DNA of 51,324 bases from Gemmatimonadales bacterium (GCA_041613315.1 JBFJHJ010000022.1:1-51324); one strand, 5' to 3'. Positions 28,122-37,950 are shown, numbered from the stretch's first letter. Numbers and translations are program-made. The notes: generated by a model not told the origin, from the sequence alone.

Positions 28122-28577
28122 GTGCGCCTCGACTTCTCCGGCACGCCGGAGATCGCGCTCCCTCGGGATCGCGTGTGGACCCTGCTCCTGGATCCCGACT
28201 TCGTGGCATCCGCGGCGCCTGGCGTCGAGTCGGTCGAAAAGATCGATGATACCCACTTCCTCGTAACGGCGGGCTTCGGCGTCGGCGCGATCAAGCTCCG
28301 CTTCAAATTCGACGTCGAACTGACCCACCTCGACCGGCCGAGCAGCGCGATCATGAACGCGCGCGGCCAGGCGCCGGGCTCGAACGTGCACGTCGAGACG
28401 TCCGTCGCACTCCACGAGCGCGCACCGGACCGCACGCAGCTCGCCTGGAAGGCGGACGCCAACGTTCACGGGACCGTGGCCAGCGTGGGGGCACGACTGC
28501 TCAAGGGAACGGCCCGAAAGCTCACCGAAGAGTTCTGGCAGACCTTCGCCGAGCGCGCGTCGGCCGCTGGCGCCTGA
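28122..28577 (+). CDS. coxG: CoxG (SRPBCC) family protein
   Basis: VWTLLLDPDFVASAAPG, GTVASVGARLL; position in cluster. Confidence 0.85.
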   Translation: MRLDFSGTPEIALPRDRVWTLLLDPDFVASAAPGVESVEKIDDTHFLVTAGFGVGAIKLRFKFDVELTHLDRPSSAIMNARGQAPGSNVHVETSVALHERAPDRTQLAWKADANVHGTVASVGARLLKGTARKLTEEFWQTFAERASAAGA

Positions 28578-28616
28578 CATCCGTCTCGAACCGCGTAACC
28601 CGTTGACTGCGCGCCC

Positions 28617-29504
28617 ATGACCGTCACGATCGACTCCCTGCAGTCCGCGCTCGCCGCGCAACGCTACGTCGCCGATCGGGACCTGGCCACGGCAGTCTAC
28701 CTCGCGCTCACGCTCGAGCGTCCGCTCATGCTCGAAGGCGAGGCGGGCGTGGGCAAGACCGAAGTCGCCGTCGCCCTCGCGGCCGCGCTCGGCGCCGAGT
28801 TGATCCGGCTCCAGTGCTACGAGGGGATTGACGTCAACACCGCGGTCTACGAGTGGGATTACCCGCGACAGCTATTGCATATTCGTCTTCTCGAAGCGCG
28901 CGGCGAGGCCAGGGAGGCCGCGGCCCGGGATATCTTCACCGAAGAGTTCCTCTTGCGGCGGCCGCTCCTTCGCGCTCTCGAGAGCCGAACGGATGAGCCG
29001 CCGGTGCTGCTGATTGACGAGATCGACCGGGCGGACGAGGAGTTCGAGGCGTTCTTGCTCGAGCTCCTCGCCGACTTCGCGGTGACGATCCCCGAGATCG
29101 GGACGATCCGCGCGACGCACCGCCCGCGTGTGATGGTCACCAGCAACCGCACGCGCGAGGTGCATGACGCCCTGAAGCGGCGGTGCCTCTATCACTGGAT
29201 CGACTACCCGTCGGCCGAGCGGGAACTTGCCATTCTCGACGCCCGCCTTCCCGGCCTGCCGCGGGCGTTGGCGCGAGACGTGGTGGCCTTCGTACAACGC
29301 CTCCGCACCGCCGACTTGACGAAGATCCCCGGCATCGCCGAAACGCTCGACTGGTCAGCAGCGCTGGTGGCGCTCGGCGCGGAGCGACTCGAGACGGAAC
29401 ACGTGCAGCGCACGCTAGGTGCGCTGCTCAAGTACCAGGAGGATCTGGCGATGATGCGTGACGGGGGCGCCCACGAGCTGCTCCGTGAGCTCAAAGCCTC
29501 CTGA
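28617..29504 (+). CDS. coxD: MoxR-family AAA+ ATPase
   Basis: GEAGVGKT, RLQCYEG, LLIDEIDRADEEFEAFLLE, TSNRTREVHDALKRRC. Confidence 0.92.
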   Translation: MTVTIDSLQSALAAQRYVADRDLATAVYLALTLERPLMLEGEAGVGKTEVAVALAAALGAELIRLQCYEGIDVNTAVYEWDYPRQLLHIRLLEARGEAREAAARDIFTEEFLLRRPLLRALESRTDEPPVLLIDEIDRADEEFEAFLLELLADFAVTIPEIGTIRATHRPRVMVTSNRTREVHDALKRRCLYHWIDYPSAERELAILDARLPGLPRALARDVVAFVQRLRTADLTKIPGIAETLDWSAALVALGAERLETEHVQRTLGALLKYQEDLAMMRDGGAHELLRELKAS

Positions 29505-29523
29505 CCCCGACGGCGCCATCCTG

Positions 29524-30636
29524 ATGGCGAACCTCGTCCAGTTCGGGCGGACGCTCCGGCAGGCCGGCCTCAGCGTCGGGATCGACGCGCAACGTGACTT
29601 CTTACGGGTCGTCACCCTCCTCGGGGTGGCGCGACGCGCGGATCTCAAGGCGGCCGGCCGTGCGCTCTTCACGCGCCGGCGCGACGAACGGCCGATCTAC
29701 GACGCCGCGTTCGACCTCTTCTTTCGGCGCGCCCCCCTCGCCGCCGCGCCCGCAACTCGGCTCCCGCGGATCGCCCGACGCCGGCGTGCGGAGCCGACGG
29801 ACCCGACGGCGGGGAGGGAAGCGGCCGTGACCGCCGACCTGCCGATAGTTCAAGTGGGCGCGAGCGTCGTGGAGCGCCTTCGCACCAAGGACTTCGCCGA
29901 GCTCTCGCCCGAGGAAGCCCGCGAGGCGCGGGCCATGATCGCCAGCTTGCAGCCCAGCCTCCCGCGCCGACCCGCCCGGCGGCCCAACGTGCGCCGCAGC
30001 GGCCGCCGACTCGCGATGCGGACCATGCTGCGGCGCTCCCTCAGAACCGGCGGCGAGGTGCTCGACTGGCGCTGGCATCGTCGCGCCACCCGCCCGCGAC
30101 CGATCGTGTTGGTTCTCGACATCAGCGGCTCGATGGAGCGGTACAGCCGTTTCCTCCTGCGATTCGCGCACGCGCTCTCGCGGGTCGCCGCCCCCGTGGA
30201 GGTCTTCGTGTTCGGGACGCGGCTCACGCGCGTCACTCGTGAGCTCAGGCGACGCGACGCCGACGTGGCGCTCGATCGGGTCGCTCATACCGTGGTGGAT
30301 TGGAGCGGCGGCACGCGCATCGGCGCGAGCCTGCGCACCCTCAATCGAAGGTGGGTCCGCCGCACGGTTCGCAGCGGTGCCGTCGTGCTGCTGGTCTCCG
30401 ATGGCTGGGAGCGCGACGATCCCGGCCTCCTCGCACGGGAGATGGCCACGCTGCGACGCTCGTGCCGCAGACTGATCTGGCTGGACCCCCTGGCCGGGCG
30501 GCCGGGGTTCGAGCCGGCGACACAGGGCCTCCGGGCGGCGCTGCCGTACGTTGACGAATTCCTCCCGTGCGGCACGTTGGCATCGCTCGAAGATCTGGCA
30601 CACCAGCTCGTCGCGACACGCCGGGGAGAGCCGTAG
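29524..30636 (+). CDS. coxE: vWA-domain CoxE-like protein
   Basis: LDISGSMERYS, FGTRLT, DWSGGTRIG, SDGW; alternative GTG start 29485. Confidence 0.88.
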   Translation: MANLVQFGRTLRQAGLSVGIDAQRDFLRVVTLLGVARRADLKAAGRALFTRRRDERPIYDAAFDLFFRRAPLAAAPATRLPRIARRRRAEPTDPTAGREAAVTADLPIVQVGASVVERLRTKDFAELSPEEAREARAMIASLQPSLPRRPARRPNVRRSGRRLAMRTMLRRSLRTGGEVLDWRWHRRATRPRPIVLVLDISGSMERYSRFLLRFAHALSRVAAPVEVFVFGTRLTRVTRELRRRDADVALDRVAHTVVDWSGGTRIGASLRTLNRRWVRRTVRSGAVVLLVSDGWERDDPGLLAREMATLRRSCRRLIWLDPLAGRPGFEPATQGLRAALPYVDEFLPCGTLASLEDLAHQLVATRRGEP

Positions 30637-30682
30637 CGGGCCATCTGCCGCCGGTGCGGTCCCCCGGTCTATCTTTGAATCC

Positions 30683-31786
30683 ATGCGGGACCTTCTCGAC
30701 CACTACGACCGGTTCGTCGCCGGCGGCGAGCCGTTCGGCCGAGCCGTGGTCACGAGCGTCTGGGGCTCCGCCCCACGCCCCGCCGGGGCCTGTCTGTTGG
30801 CCACCGCGAGCGGCCGTATCGCCGGCTCCGTGTCCGGTGGCTGCGTCGAAAGCGCCACCGCGTACGAGATCGCCGAAGCCATCGAGCGCGGATCGCCGGA
30901 GGTCGTGACCTTCGGCGTGAGCGATGAGACGGCGTGGGAAGTGGGGTTGGCGTGCGGCGGTACCATCCGCGTCTTCGTGGAACCCGCGGTCCGGCCGGAG
31001 TTGGTCGAAGCGCTGCGCACGGGAGCCGGCGTCGTCATCGCGACGCTGCTCGACGGGCCGGCCCCCGGCGCCGCGATGGTCGTCGGCGAGGACGGCCGCG
31101 TGGCGGGCCCGCTGCCGCCGAGCGGCGCGTCGGGCAGGGCGGCTCGCGACGCTGCCCGCGCCCTCGCGTCGGTCGCGGACCGCGTGAGCGCCGGCGCGCT
31201 CGACGCGCTCCAGCACGAGACGAGCCGCACCGAACCGGTGGTCGCCCCGGACGGCACCGAGCTGAGCGTGTTCTTCGAGGTCCATCCGCGCCAGCCTCGA
31301 CTCGTGATCTTCGGTGGAGTGCATGTGGCTGCCGCGTTGGTCACCCTCGCGCGGACGCTCGGCTACCGAACTATCGTGGCCGACGGCCGCGAGGCGTTCC
31401 TGACCCGCGAACGGTTCCCGGACGCCGACGAGCTGATCCACGCCTGGCCGACCGAGGCCTTCGAGCGGGTTGGCCTCGATGGCGCGACCTACGTGTGCGT
31501 ACTGTCGCACGACCCCAAGTTCGACGAGCCGGCGCTCGACATCGCGTTGCGGTCGCCTGCGGCCTACGTCGGAGCGATCGGATCGCGCAAGACCCAGGCG
31601 GCGCGCCGAGATCGCCTCAAGCGGGCGGGGCTCACCGACGCCGAGCTGGCCAAGCTCCGAGGACCGATCGGACTCGACCTTGGCGGTCGGCAGCCGCACG
31701 ACATCGCGCTCGCGATCCTCGCCGAGATAACTGCAGTCCGCTACGGCGGCAGCCACCAGCCGAAAAGCGATGCCGGCCGGGCGTGA
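30683..31786 (+). CDS. xdhC: XdhC/CoxF/CoxI family Moco chaperone
   Basis: WGSAPRPAGA, GSVSGGCVE, GLACGG, SHDPKFD, YVGAIGSR, GPIGLDLG; TATCTT 7 nt before ATG. Confidence 0.9.
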   Translation: MRDLLDHYDRFVAGGEPFGRAVVTSVWGSAPRPAGACLLATASGRIAGSVSGGCVESATAYEIAEAIERGSPEVVTFGVSDETAWEVGLACGGTIRVFVEPAVRPELVEALRTGAGVVIATLLDGPAPGAAMVVGEDGRVAGPLPPSGASGRAARDAARALASVADRVSAGALDALQHETSRTEPVVAPDGTELSVFFEVHPRQPRLVIFGGVHVAAALVTLARTLGYRTIVADGREAFLTRERFPDADELIHAWPTEAFERVGLDGATYVCVLSHDPKFDEPALDIALRSPAAYVGAIGSRKTQAARRDRLKRAGLTDAELAKLRGPIGLDLGGRQPHDIALAILAEITAVRYGGSHQPKSDAGRA

Positions 31787-32372
31787 CCGGCGGACCGTCG
31801 CGGGGATCGTGCTCGCGGCGGGCGCGTCCCGACGCATGGGGCGCAACAAGATGCTGCTGCGACTGGACGGCGAGACCCTCGTGCGGCGGGCGGCGCGGCG
31901 TGCGCTGGCGGCCGGGCTGGAACCGGTGATCGCCGTTTTGGGACACGACGCCGAATCAGTTCGGGCAGAGCTCGCCGATCTCCCGATCGACGTTGTGATC
32001 AACCCGGCGTTCGCCGGTCCCACCAGCACGTCGCTGCATGCCGGACTCCGGCACATACAGGCCGAGGCCGCCGCCACCGTGGTGCTGCTCGCCGACATGG
32101 TGCGCGTCACCGAGGGCATGCTGCGGCAGATCGCGGATGCGTTGATTCGGGGCGACGCCTTAGTCGTCGCCGCCCGCTACGACGGCGTCGTTGCTCCACC
32201 GTTCGGATTCCACCGCTCGGTCTTCAGCGACCTACTGTCGGCGACGGGCGACGGGGTGGGGAAATCCCTGGCCACGCGACACGGTTCCCGCACGATATTC
32301 CTCGATTGGCAACGCGAGACCCTGGCAGACGTCGATACGCCGGAAGACTATGATCGCTTGACGCTCGCGTGA
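31770..32372 (+). CDS. mocA: Molybdenum cofactor cytidylyltransferase-like protein
   Basis: LAAGASRRMGRNK, LADM, GDGVGK, DVDTPEDY. Confidence 0.8.
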   Translation: MPAGRDRRTVAGIVLAAGASRRMGRNKMLLRLDGETLVRRAARRALAAGLEPVIAVLGHDAESVRAELADLPIDVVINPAFAGPTSTSLHAGLRHIQAEAAATVVLLADMVRVTEGMLRQIADALIRGDALVVAARYDGVVAPPFGFHRSVFSDLLSATGDGVGKSLATRHGSRTIFLDWQRETLADVDTPEDYDRLTLA

Positions 32373-32451
32373 CGGTCGCGACCTGTGCACATCACTCCGT
32401 ACCAGCGCCCGTGACTCGAAGGGACTCGCCCGCGGCCCATCACGCGTCGGC

Positions 32452-33786
32452 GTGAGCGAACGCGCGCGGTTCGGGTCGCCGGCCGGCACGCTGCTCACCA
32501 TGATCGGCGTGGCGGTCGGCCTCGGCAACGTGTGGCGGCTCCCCTACATGGTGGGCCGATTCGGAGGCGCCGCGTTCGTCCTCTGCTACGCCGTCGCGGT
32601 CCTGGCTGTCGGCGTCCCCGCACTCGTGACGGAATGGACGCTCGGCCGTCACACCCGCCGGGGCCCGGTCGGCGCGTTTGCCCGCGGGGGCCTCCCCGCC
32701 GGGCGGCTCGTTGGGTGGTGCTTCTTCGGCGTCGTGGCTGCGGCGACGGCGTATTACACGAACGTCGTAGGCTGGGTTCTGTACCACGCGCTTGGTGAGA
32801 TCGCCGCAGCCATCGGTGTCGGGATGAACCCGGCGGCGATCCTACCCCCCACCGACGGTGTCGCACCGCGATCGCTGGTGCTCCAACTGGCCTGCACGTC
32901 CGTCGTGATCCTCGCGTGCTGCGCGGTGCTGCTCAAAGGACTACGCCGCGGGATCGAGCGGGCGAGCACGATCATCATCCCCGCGCTCGTGGTGATGCTC
33001 TTGATACTCATCGCCCGGTCGCTCACCCTGCCCGGGGCGTGGGAAGGTGTGCGCTGGTACGCGCTGAAAGTCGACCTCGCGGTCCTGGACGGTGGTGTCG
33101 TCGCCGCAGCCCTGGGCCAGGCCGTCTTCTCCCTGTCATTGGGCGGGACGTTCATGGTCGTGTACGGATCGTACCTCGCGCCGGCCGCCAGGCTTCCCCG
33201 CACCGCCATCTGGACGGCCTCCGGCGACCTCGCCGCCGGAATCCTCGCCGGCTTTGCGATCTTCCCTGCGGTGTTTGCGCTGGGCCTCGAGCCGGCGAGC
33301 GGACCCGGCCTGATCTTCTCGACCCTGCCCGGTGTGTTCGAGCACATCCCCGTCGGATGGCTGTTCGGCTTGTTGTTCTTCGTCGGACTCTTCGGCGCGG
33401 CCTACCTGTCGGACGTCGCGGCGTTCGAGGTACTCGTGGCGGGACTCACCGACAACACCGGGCTCACGAGAACACGGGCGGTCTGGGTGATGGCCGGCGC
33501 CGTGTTGCTCCTGGCGATCCCGCCCATGCTCAATACGGAGATCTTCGTTCGGTGGGATCTGACGTTCGGGTCGGGGATGCAGGTGCTGGGCGCGCTGCTG
33601 GCAGTCGTGACCGTGGGATGGGCGATGGACCGCTCCGCCGCGTTACGAGAGCTCGCCGCCGGCCACGACTCGCGCGTCACGTGGGTGCTCTATCTCTGGA
33701 TCCGCTACGTCGTGCCCGCGGCCCTCGTACTGGTCGGCGCGTGGTGGCTCCTGACGGAGGCGGTCGGCGTGCTCTCCACCGGGTAG
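32452..33786 (+). CDS. Sodium-dependent transporter (NSS/SNF family)
   Basis: GVAVGLGNVWRLPY, GQAVFSLSLG, SGPGLIFSTLP; many TMs. Confidence 0.9.
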   Translation: MSERARFGSPAGTLLTMIGVAVGLGNVWRLPYMVGRFGGAAFVLCYAVAVLAVGVPALVTEWTLGRHTRRGPVGAFARGGLPAGRLVGWCFFGVVAAATAYYTNVVGWVLYHALGEIAAAIGVGMNPAAILPPTDGVAPRSLVLQLACTSVVILACCAVLLKGLRRGIERASTIIIPALVVMLLILIARSLTLPGAWEGVRWYALKVDLAVLDGGVVAAALGQAVFSLSLGGTFMVVYGSYLAPAARLPRTAIWTASGDLAAGILAGFAIFPAVFALGLEPASGPGLIFSTLPGVFEHIPVGWLFGLLFFVGLFGAAYLSDVAAFEVLVAGLTDNTGLTRTRAVWVMAGAVLLLAIPPMLNTEIFVRWDLTFGSGMQVLGALLAVVTVGWAMDRSAALRELAAGHDSRVTWVLYLWIRYVVPAALVLVGAWWLLTEAVGVLSTG

Positions 33787-33832
33787 GCGGTCGGGCGTCC
33801 CGCACGGGCGCCTCCCGGATCGGCGAAGCGAC

Positions 33833-34996
33833 TCAGGCGCGCCGCCCCTCCGCTCTGAGAACCTCCTCCAGCGCCCCGAGCAGCCACTCGATCCGATCGG
33901 CTCGCGCGTTGAGACCCATGAGACCGACGCGCCACGTCTTACCCTTCAGCGGCCCGAAGCCGCCCGCGATCTCGATGCCACGCTCGAGAAGCGCCCGCCG
34001 CACCCTCGCGTCGTCCAGTCCCTCGGGAATGTTGATCACGTTCAGCATCGGCAACCGGTGCGCCTCAGGCGTGAAGAGCGTGAGTCCCAGCTTGTTCAGT
34101 CCTGCGACGAACAGGCTATGCGCCTGCCGGTGTCGCTCCCACCGATCTTCCAACCCCTCCTCGAGCACGAGTCTCAGCGCCTCGTGGAGTGCGTAGATGC
34201 TCGATACCGGCGCCGTGTGATGAAACGCCCGCTGCTGCGCCCCACGACGCTCGCGTTCACCCCAGTACTGAAACAGCAGGGTGAGATCGAGATACCACGT
34301 CGAAGGTGCCGCCCGCCGACCCCGCACGGCGTCCATCGCCCCCGCCCCAAGCGTGACCGGCCCGAGGCCGGGCGGCGCGCCGAGACATTTTTGGGTGCAC
34401 GACCCGGCCGCGTCCACGCCCCATGCGTCGATCTCGACCGGCATCCCTCCGAGCGACGTGACGCAGTCGATCGCGATCAGCGCCCCGTACCGTCGCGCGA
34501 TCTCAGCCACCTCGGCGACGGGCTGGAGCGCCCCGGTGGACGTCTCCGCATGAACCAGGAGCACGAGCTTGGCGGCCTTCCGCCGCAGCTCCCGGTCGAA
34601 GCGCGCGGGGTCGATGATGTCCCCGAACGGTGCATCCAGCACGCGGACGTGGGCTCCCGCCCGACCCGCCATCTCGTGCAGCCGCTGGCCGAAGTAGCCG
34701 ATGACCCCGACGACCACCTCGTCGCCGGGCTCGACCAGGTTGAGCACCACGGTTTCGAGGCCTGCGGTTCCGGTGCCCGACATCGGAATCGTATGGTGGT
34801 TCGTCGTACGGAACACGACCCGCAGCATCGCCATGGTCTGATCCATGAGTTCCAAGAAGTGCGGGTCGAGATGGCCTACCATGGGCCGCGCCATGGCCTC
34901 CAGGACTCTTGGGTCGGGGTTGGATGGCCCCGGTCCCATGAGTAGTCGGTCCGGCGGGGCCGCAGCCGAGGGGATGGCTCGCGACCGGGGTATCAT
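33833..34996 (-). CDS. Class V PLP aminotransferase (alanine-glyoxylate/serine-pyruvate type)
   Basis: [44 protein letters not shown]. Confidence 0.9.
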   Translation of the reverse strand: MIPRSRAIPSAAAPPDRLLMGPGPSNPDPRVLEAMARPMVGHLDPHFLELMDQTMAMLRVVFRTTNHHTIPMSGTGTAGLETVVLNLVEPGDEVVVGVIGYFGQRLHEMAGRAGAHVRVLDAPFGDIIDPARFDRELRRKAAKLVLLVHAETSTGALQPVAEVAEIARRYGALIAIDCVTSLGGMPVEIDAWGVDAAGSCTQKCLGAPPGLGPVTLGAGAMDAVRGRRAAPSTWYLDLTLLFQYWGERERRGAQQRAFHHTAPVSSIYALHEALRLVLEEGLEDRWERHRQAHSLFVAGLNKLGLTLFTPEAHRLPMLNVINIPEGLDDARVRRALLERGIEIAGGFGPLKGKTWRVGLMGLNARADRIEWLLGALEEVLRAEGRRA

Positions 34997-35051
34997 GGAG
35001 ATCCTCTGAAACGAGAGCTTGGCGATGCTGGTGAGACGCGAGCCGCGCGTG

Positions 35052-36191
35052 TCAGGGGCGGGCGGGGGCCGGCGCCCCCAGCACGTCACTGGTAACGAGA
35101 TCCCAGTACGAGGCGTATCCGTCCGTCTCGACCCGCTGTACCAAGGACTCCATCGCCTGCAACAACTGGGTGCTGTAGTAGCCGGGGACGGCATGCGGGT
35201 GGGCGGCGCCGAACGGACCCCGAAAGACGCTCCTGACGATCACGCTGCCCCCGTCCCTGGGCAGCGCCTTCACGTTCGCCACGAAGTTCGGAAAGCTTCC
35301 ATTTCGAAACAGGTAGAAGTCGACGTTGGAAACATAGAGCGCGGAGACTCGCTCGCCTCGCTGCGCGACGAACCGGGCGATCGCGCGCATCGCATGAGTA
35401 CCGGCGAGATCGCCCACGACGGGGATGATGAGATCCCGCTGCTGTAAGGAGCGGACGAATCGGTACGACTCCTCGGATGCGACATAGCTCGCCCGCGCCC
35501 CGTCGAGATCCCGCTCGAAGAGAAGCTCTCGGTACGAGGGATAGTAAAACCTCGGGGTCCGTCCCGTCGTATGGAATCGTAGGGAGGGCCCGGCACGAAT
35601 GAAGGCCCTGTGAAACCGATCGATCGTGGCCCGCTCCCCGTCGGTGAGCGGGACGCCGAAGGTCACGATGGCACTGTCCGTGGCGGCCCGGGCTCGGAGC
35701 ACCGCAGTCGGCGGCAGCGAATCGACGTATGCGACGATCTGTTCGACATCGGCGTCGCCCCACGCCGCCGGCTCCGCCGGAGCCGGGCGCCCGAACAGGA
35801 GGCTGAGGTACTCGATGCGGGTGGGGGCGATCTCGAACAGGGCCTTGAACAGCAGGTGCAGCAGCATGTTGTCGCGCCGGATGTCCACAATCATGGCGAT
35901 GTTTGGGCGGATCGCGGCGATGTACGAGAAGTTCTGATCCGGGCCCACCCCGATGTACGCGCCACCGCGGACCTCTAATTGCCGGAGCGACCCGATCACG
36001 TGGAGGTAGGAGGCTTCGTTGGAGACGAGGTTGTCGGTGTCGAAGTACCCGCCCGGCTCCGACAGCCGGGCGATGCGCGCGGCGAACGTTCCCCCGTCCC
36101 GCACCTGCTGGGCGGAGGGTCCGGAGCACGCCACCATGCCCACGCCGGTCGCGAGCACGAGGGCGCGGATCAGCGAGCGCGCCGTCGTCAT
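35052..36191 (-). CDS. Conserved-looking hypothetical lipoprotein, possible Rossmann/SAM-type fold
   Basis: Lipobox MVAC; YIGVGPDQNFSYIA, IVDIRRDN, VVGDLAG, YVSNVDFYL. Confidence 0.65.
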   Translation of the reverse strand: MTTARSLIRALVLATGVGMVACSGPSAQQVRDGGTFAARIARLSEPGGYFDTDNLVSNEASYLHVIGSLRQLEVRGGAYIGVGPDQNFSYIAAIRPNIAMIVDIRRDNMLLHLLFKALFEIAPTRIEYLSLLFGRPAPAEPAAWGDADVEQIVAYVDSLPPTAVLRARAATDSAIVTFGVPLTDGERATIDRFHRAFIRAGPSLRFHTTGRTPRFYYPSYRELLFERDLDGARASYVASEESYRFVRSLQQRDLIIPVVGDLAGTHAMRAIARFVAQRGERVSALYVSNVDFYLFRNGSFPNFVANVKALPRDGGSVIVRSVFRGPFGAAHPHAVPGYYSTQLLQAMESLVQRVETDGYASYWDLVTSDVLGAPAPARP

Positions 36192-36302
36192 AGCTGCTCG
36201 GAAGATACTGCCGGATGGGCCGTGGCGCCTTCACCACCTCCCGCAATGCAGCTGTAGGTTGCGGGGGTACCACCCATCACCCTTGAGGCAGCGAGGAGAG
36301 AC

Positions 36303-36584
36303 ATGAGCGAGGAGCGCGTGCAAACCGAGGAGCATCGGGTCAGCGGCGAGCGACTGGTGGGCCGCATCAAGGAGCTGGTCCATCAGGGCAACATTCGGCG
36401 GATCATCATCAAGAACGACGAGGGACGGGCCTTGGTGGAGATTCCGCTCACGCTCGGCGTGGTGGGCGCGGCACTGGTACCCATCTGGGTGGCCATCGGC
36501 GCGATGGCGGCCCTGATTGCCAACTTCACGATCGTCGTCGAGAAGGTCGAGCGTGGCGCCACGCCAGCCAAGTCCGGCGACTGA
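36303..36584 (+). CDS. DUF4342 domain protein
   Basis: LVGRIKELVHQGNIRRIIIK, EIPLTLGVVGA; RBS gaggag. Confidence 0.85.
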   Translation: MSEERVQTEEHRVSGERLVGRIKELVHQGNIRRIIIKNDEGRALVEIPLTLGVVGAALVPIWVAIGAMAALIANFTIVVEKVERGATPAKSGD

Positions 36585-36598
36585 CGCGCGGGCTCGGT

Positions 36599-37036
36599 TC
36601 AGCGCAGATAGATGAGGTTGCTGCCGACGAGCCGGTTGGTGGCGCTGAGTACCGCCCGGGCGGCGGAATCGGCGGGGTCCCCCTTGATGACGCAGGACCC
36701 CACCAGCCGCCGCTGCTCGCTGTTGAGCTGACTCGACAGCCCGACAATCACCAGGATCGCCTCGAACGCCTCGACGGTCTCCACCCCGACGACCTCGAGT
36801 CGGATCCGGTCGCCGACGGCAGCCTCCAGCGCCCGCGCCGTCGCTTCCGCCGCGCATTGGAGAACCCCCAAATCCGAGTCCCGTCCCTCGGCCGACCCCG
36901 TGAAGCTCTCGCCCTCGCGCCACCGGACGGTCGCTTTGGCGGCCGTCCGACCGGGTTCCGGCCGGGCGATCTCCACGCCCTCGAAACGGACTCGAGTCTC
37001 GGTATCGTTCACAACAGGCTCCCGTTGCGGCGGCAT
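36599..37036 (-). CDS. Hypothetical protein, LeuA allosteric-domain-like; paralogue of 37062-37472
   Basis: GSAEGRD..AAEATARA, RLVGSC, RAVLSATNRL. Confidence 0.7.
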   Translation of the reverse strand: MPPQREPVVNDTETRVRFEGVEIARPEPGRTAAKATVRWREGESFTGSAEGRDSDLGVLQCAAEATARALEAAVGDRIRLEVVGVETVEAFEAILVIVGLSSQLNSEQRRLVGSCVIKGDPADSAARAVLSATNRLVGSNLIYLR

Positions 37037-37061
37037 GTGGCGAGTGGCGCCGCTCGCGTCG

Positions 37062-37472
37062 TCACAGCTCCAGTTCCAGCGTCACGCTGAGCAATCGATT
37101 CGTGGCGTTCAGCACCGCGAGGGCGGCCCCCCGCGGGTGCTCGTCGGGAACGATGCATGACCCCACCAAGCGCTCGCTCTGTGGGCCCGCATGGCCCGAG
37201 AGCGACACGACGACCAGAATGCAGTCGAACGTGTGCAACGCCTTCACGCCCAGCAACTCGAGGCCGATTCGACCGCCGGTGGCTCGCTCCACGGCCTGGG
37301 CGGTGGCATCGGCGGTGGCCCGTAGTCTGCCACTGTCGGTATCCCGCCCTTCGGCCTGCGCGTCCACGACCCCGGTGACCGGCACGTCGAGCGCAACACG
37401 GACGCGACACCGTCCCTCGCTCAAGACGCGCACCTCGACGGCATCGAGCCGGACCCGCGGCTTTCCACTCAC
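37062..37472 (-). CDS. Hypothetical protein, LeuA allosteric-domain-like; paralogue of 36599-37036
   Basis: AQAEGRD..TADATAQA, RLVGSC, LAVLNATNRL; start uncertain. Confidence 0.7.
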   Translation of the reverse strand: MSGKPRVRLDAVEVRVLSEGRCRVRVALDVPVTGVVDAQAEGRDTDSGRLRATADATAQAVERATGGRIGLELLGVKALHTFDCILVVVSLSGHAGPQSERLVGSCIVPDEHPRGAALAVLNATNRLLSVTLELEL

Positions 37473-37578
37473 AAACGCTAAAGAGGAAGCCTGTGACGCA
37501 AGAACGCAAACCCGCGAGCGTCATGGGCACGAGGCGGCATTTGGCCGGCCGTACCGGGTGAGATGGGTGGCGCCCGCG

Positions 37579-37950
37579 TCACTCCTCCCCGTTATGAGCC
37601 TCGTACCACCAGGACGTCCGTGGGTCCACCTCCAAGATCCGGACCTGCGCTCGGGGGTTGATGAGCGCGGCGGGAGGCACCCAGAGGCAGGCGTTCGCCA
37701 CGACGCCGTCGATCTCGAACGGCTCCAACGCGTCAGGTGGGAGGTCCAACGTCACCTCGAGCACGGCGTCACCGGCGGGTCCCTCGTCCTCCGACAGGGG
37801 ACGGTCCGCGAGCCACACGCCCACGACCTTCAGGTCCTCGCCCGTCACCACATCGTGCACGCCGAAGTTCCACTTGGCGTCCGAGAACCCGTGCTTCGCG
37901 ATCTCCCGGGCGATGCCGATGGTGGTTCGGTGGTACGCCAGGATCGTCAT
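37579..37950 (-). CDS. Small protein (123 aa) with ADP-ribosyltransferase-like motifs
   Basis: RBS gagggag before ATG 37950; YHRT...AREIAKHGF, GVWLAD. Confidence 0.6.
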   Translation of the reverse strand: MTILAYHRTTIGIAREIAKHGFSDAKWNFGVHDVVTGEDLKVVGVWLADRPLSEDEGPAGDAVLEVTLDLPPDALEPFEIDGVVANACLWVPPAALINPRAQVRILEVDPRTSWWYEAHNGEE

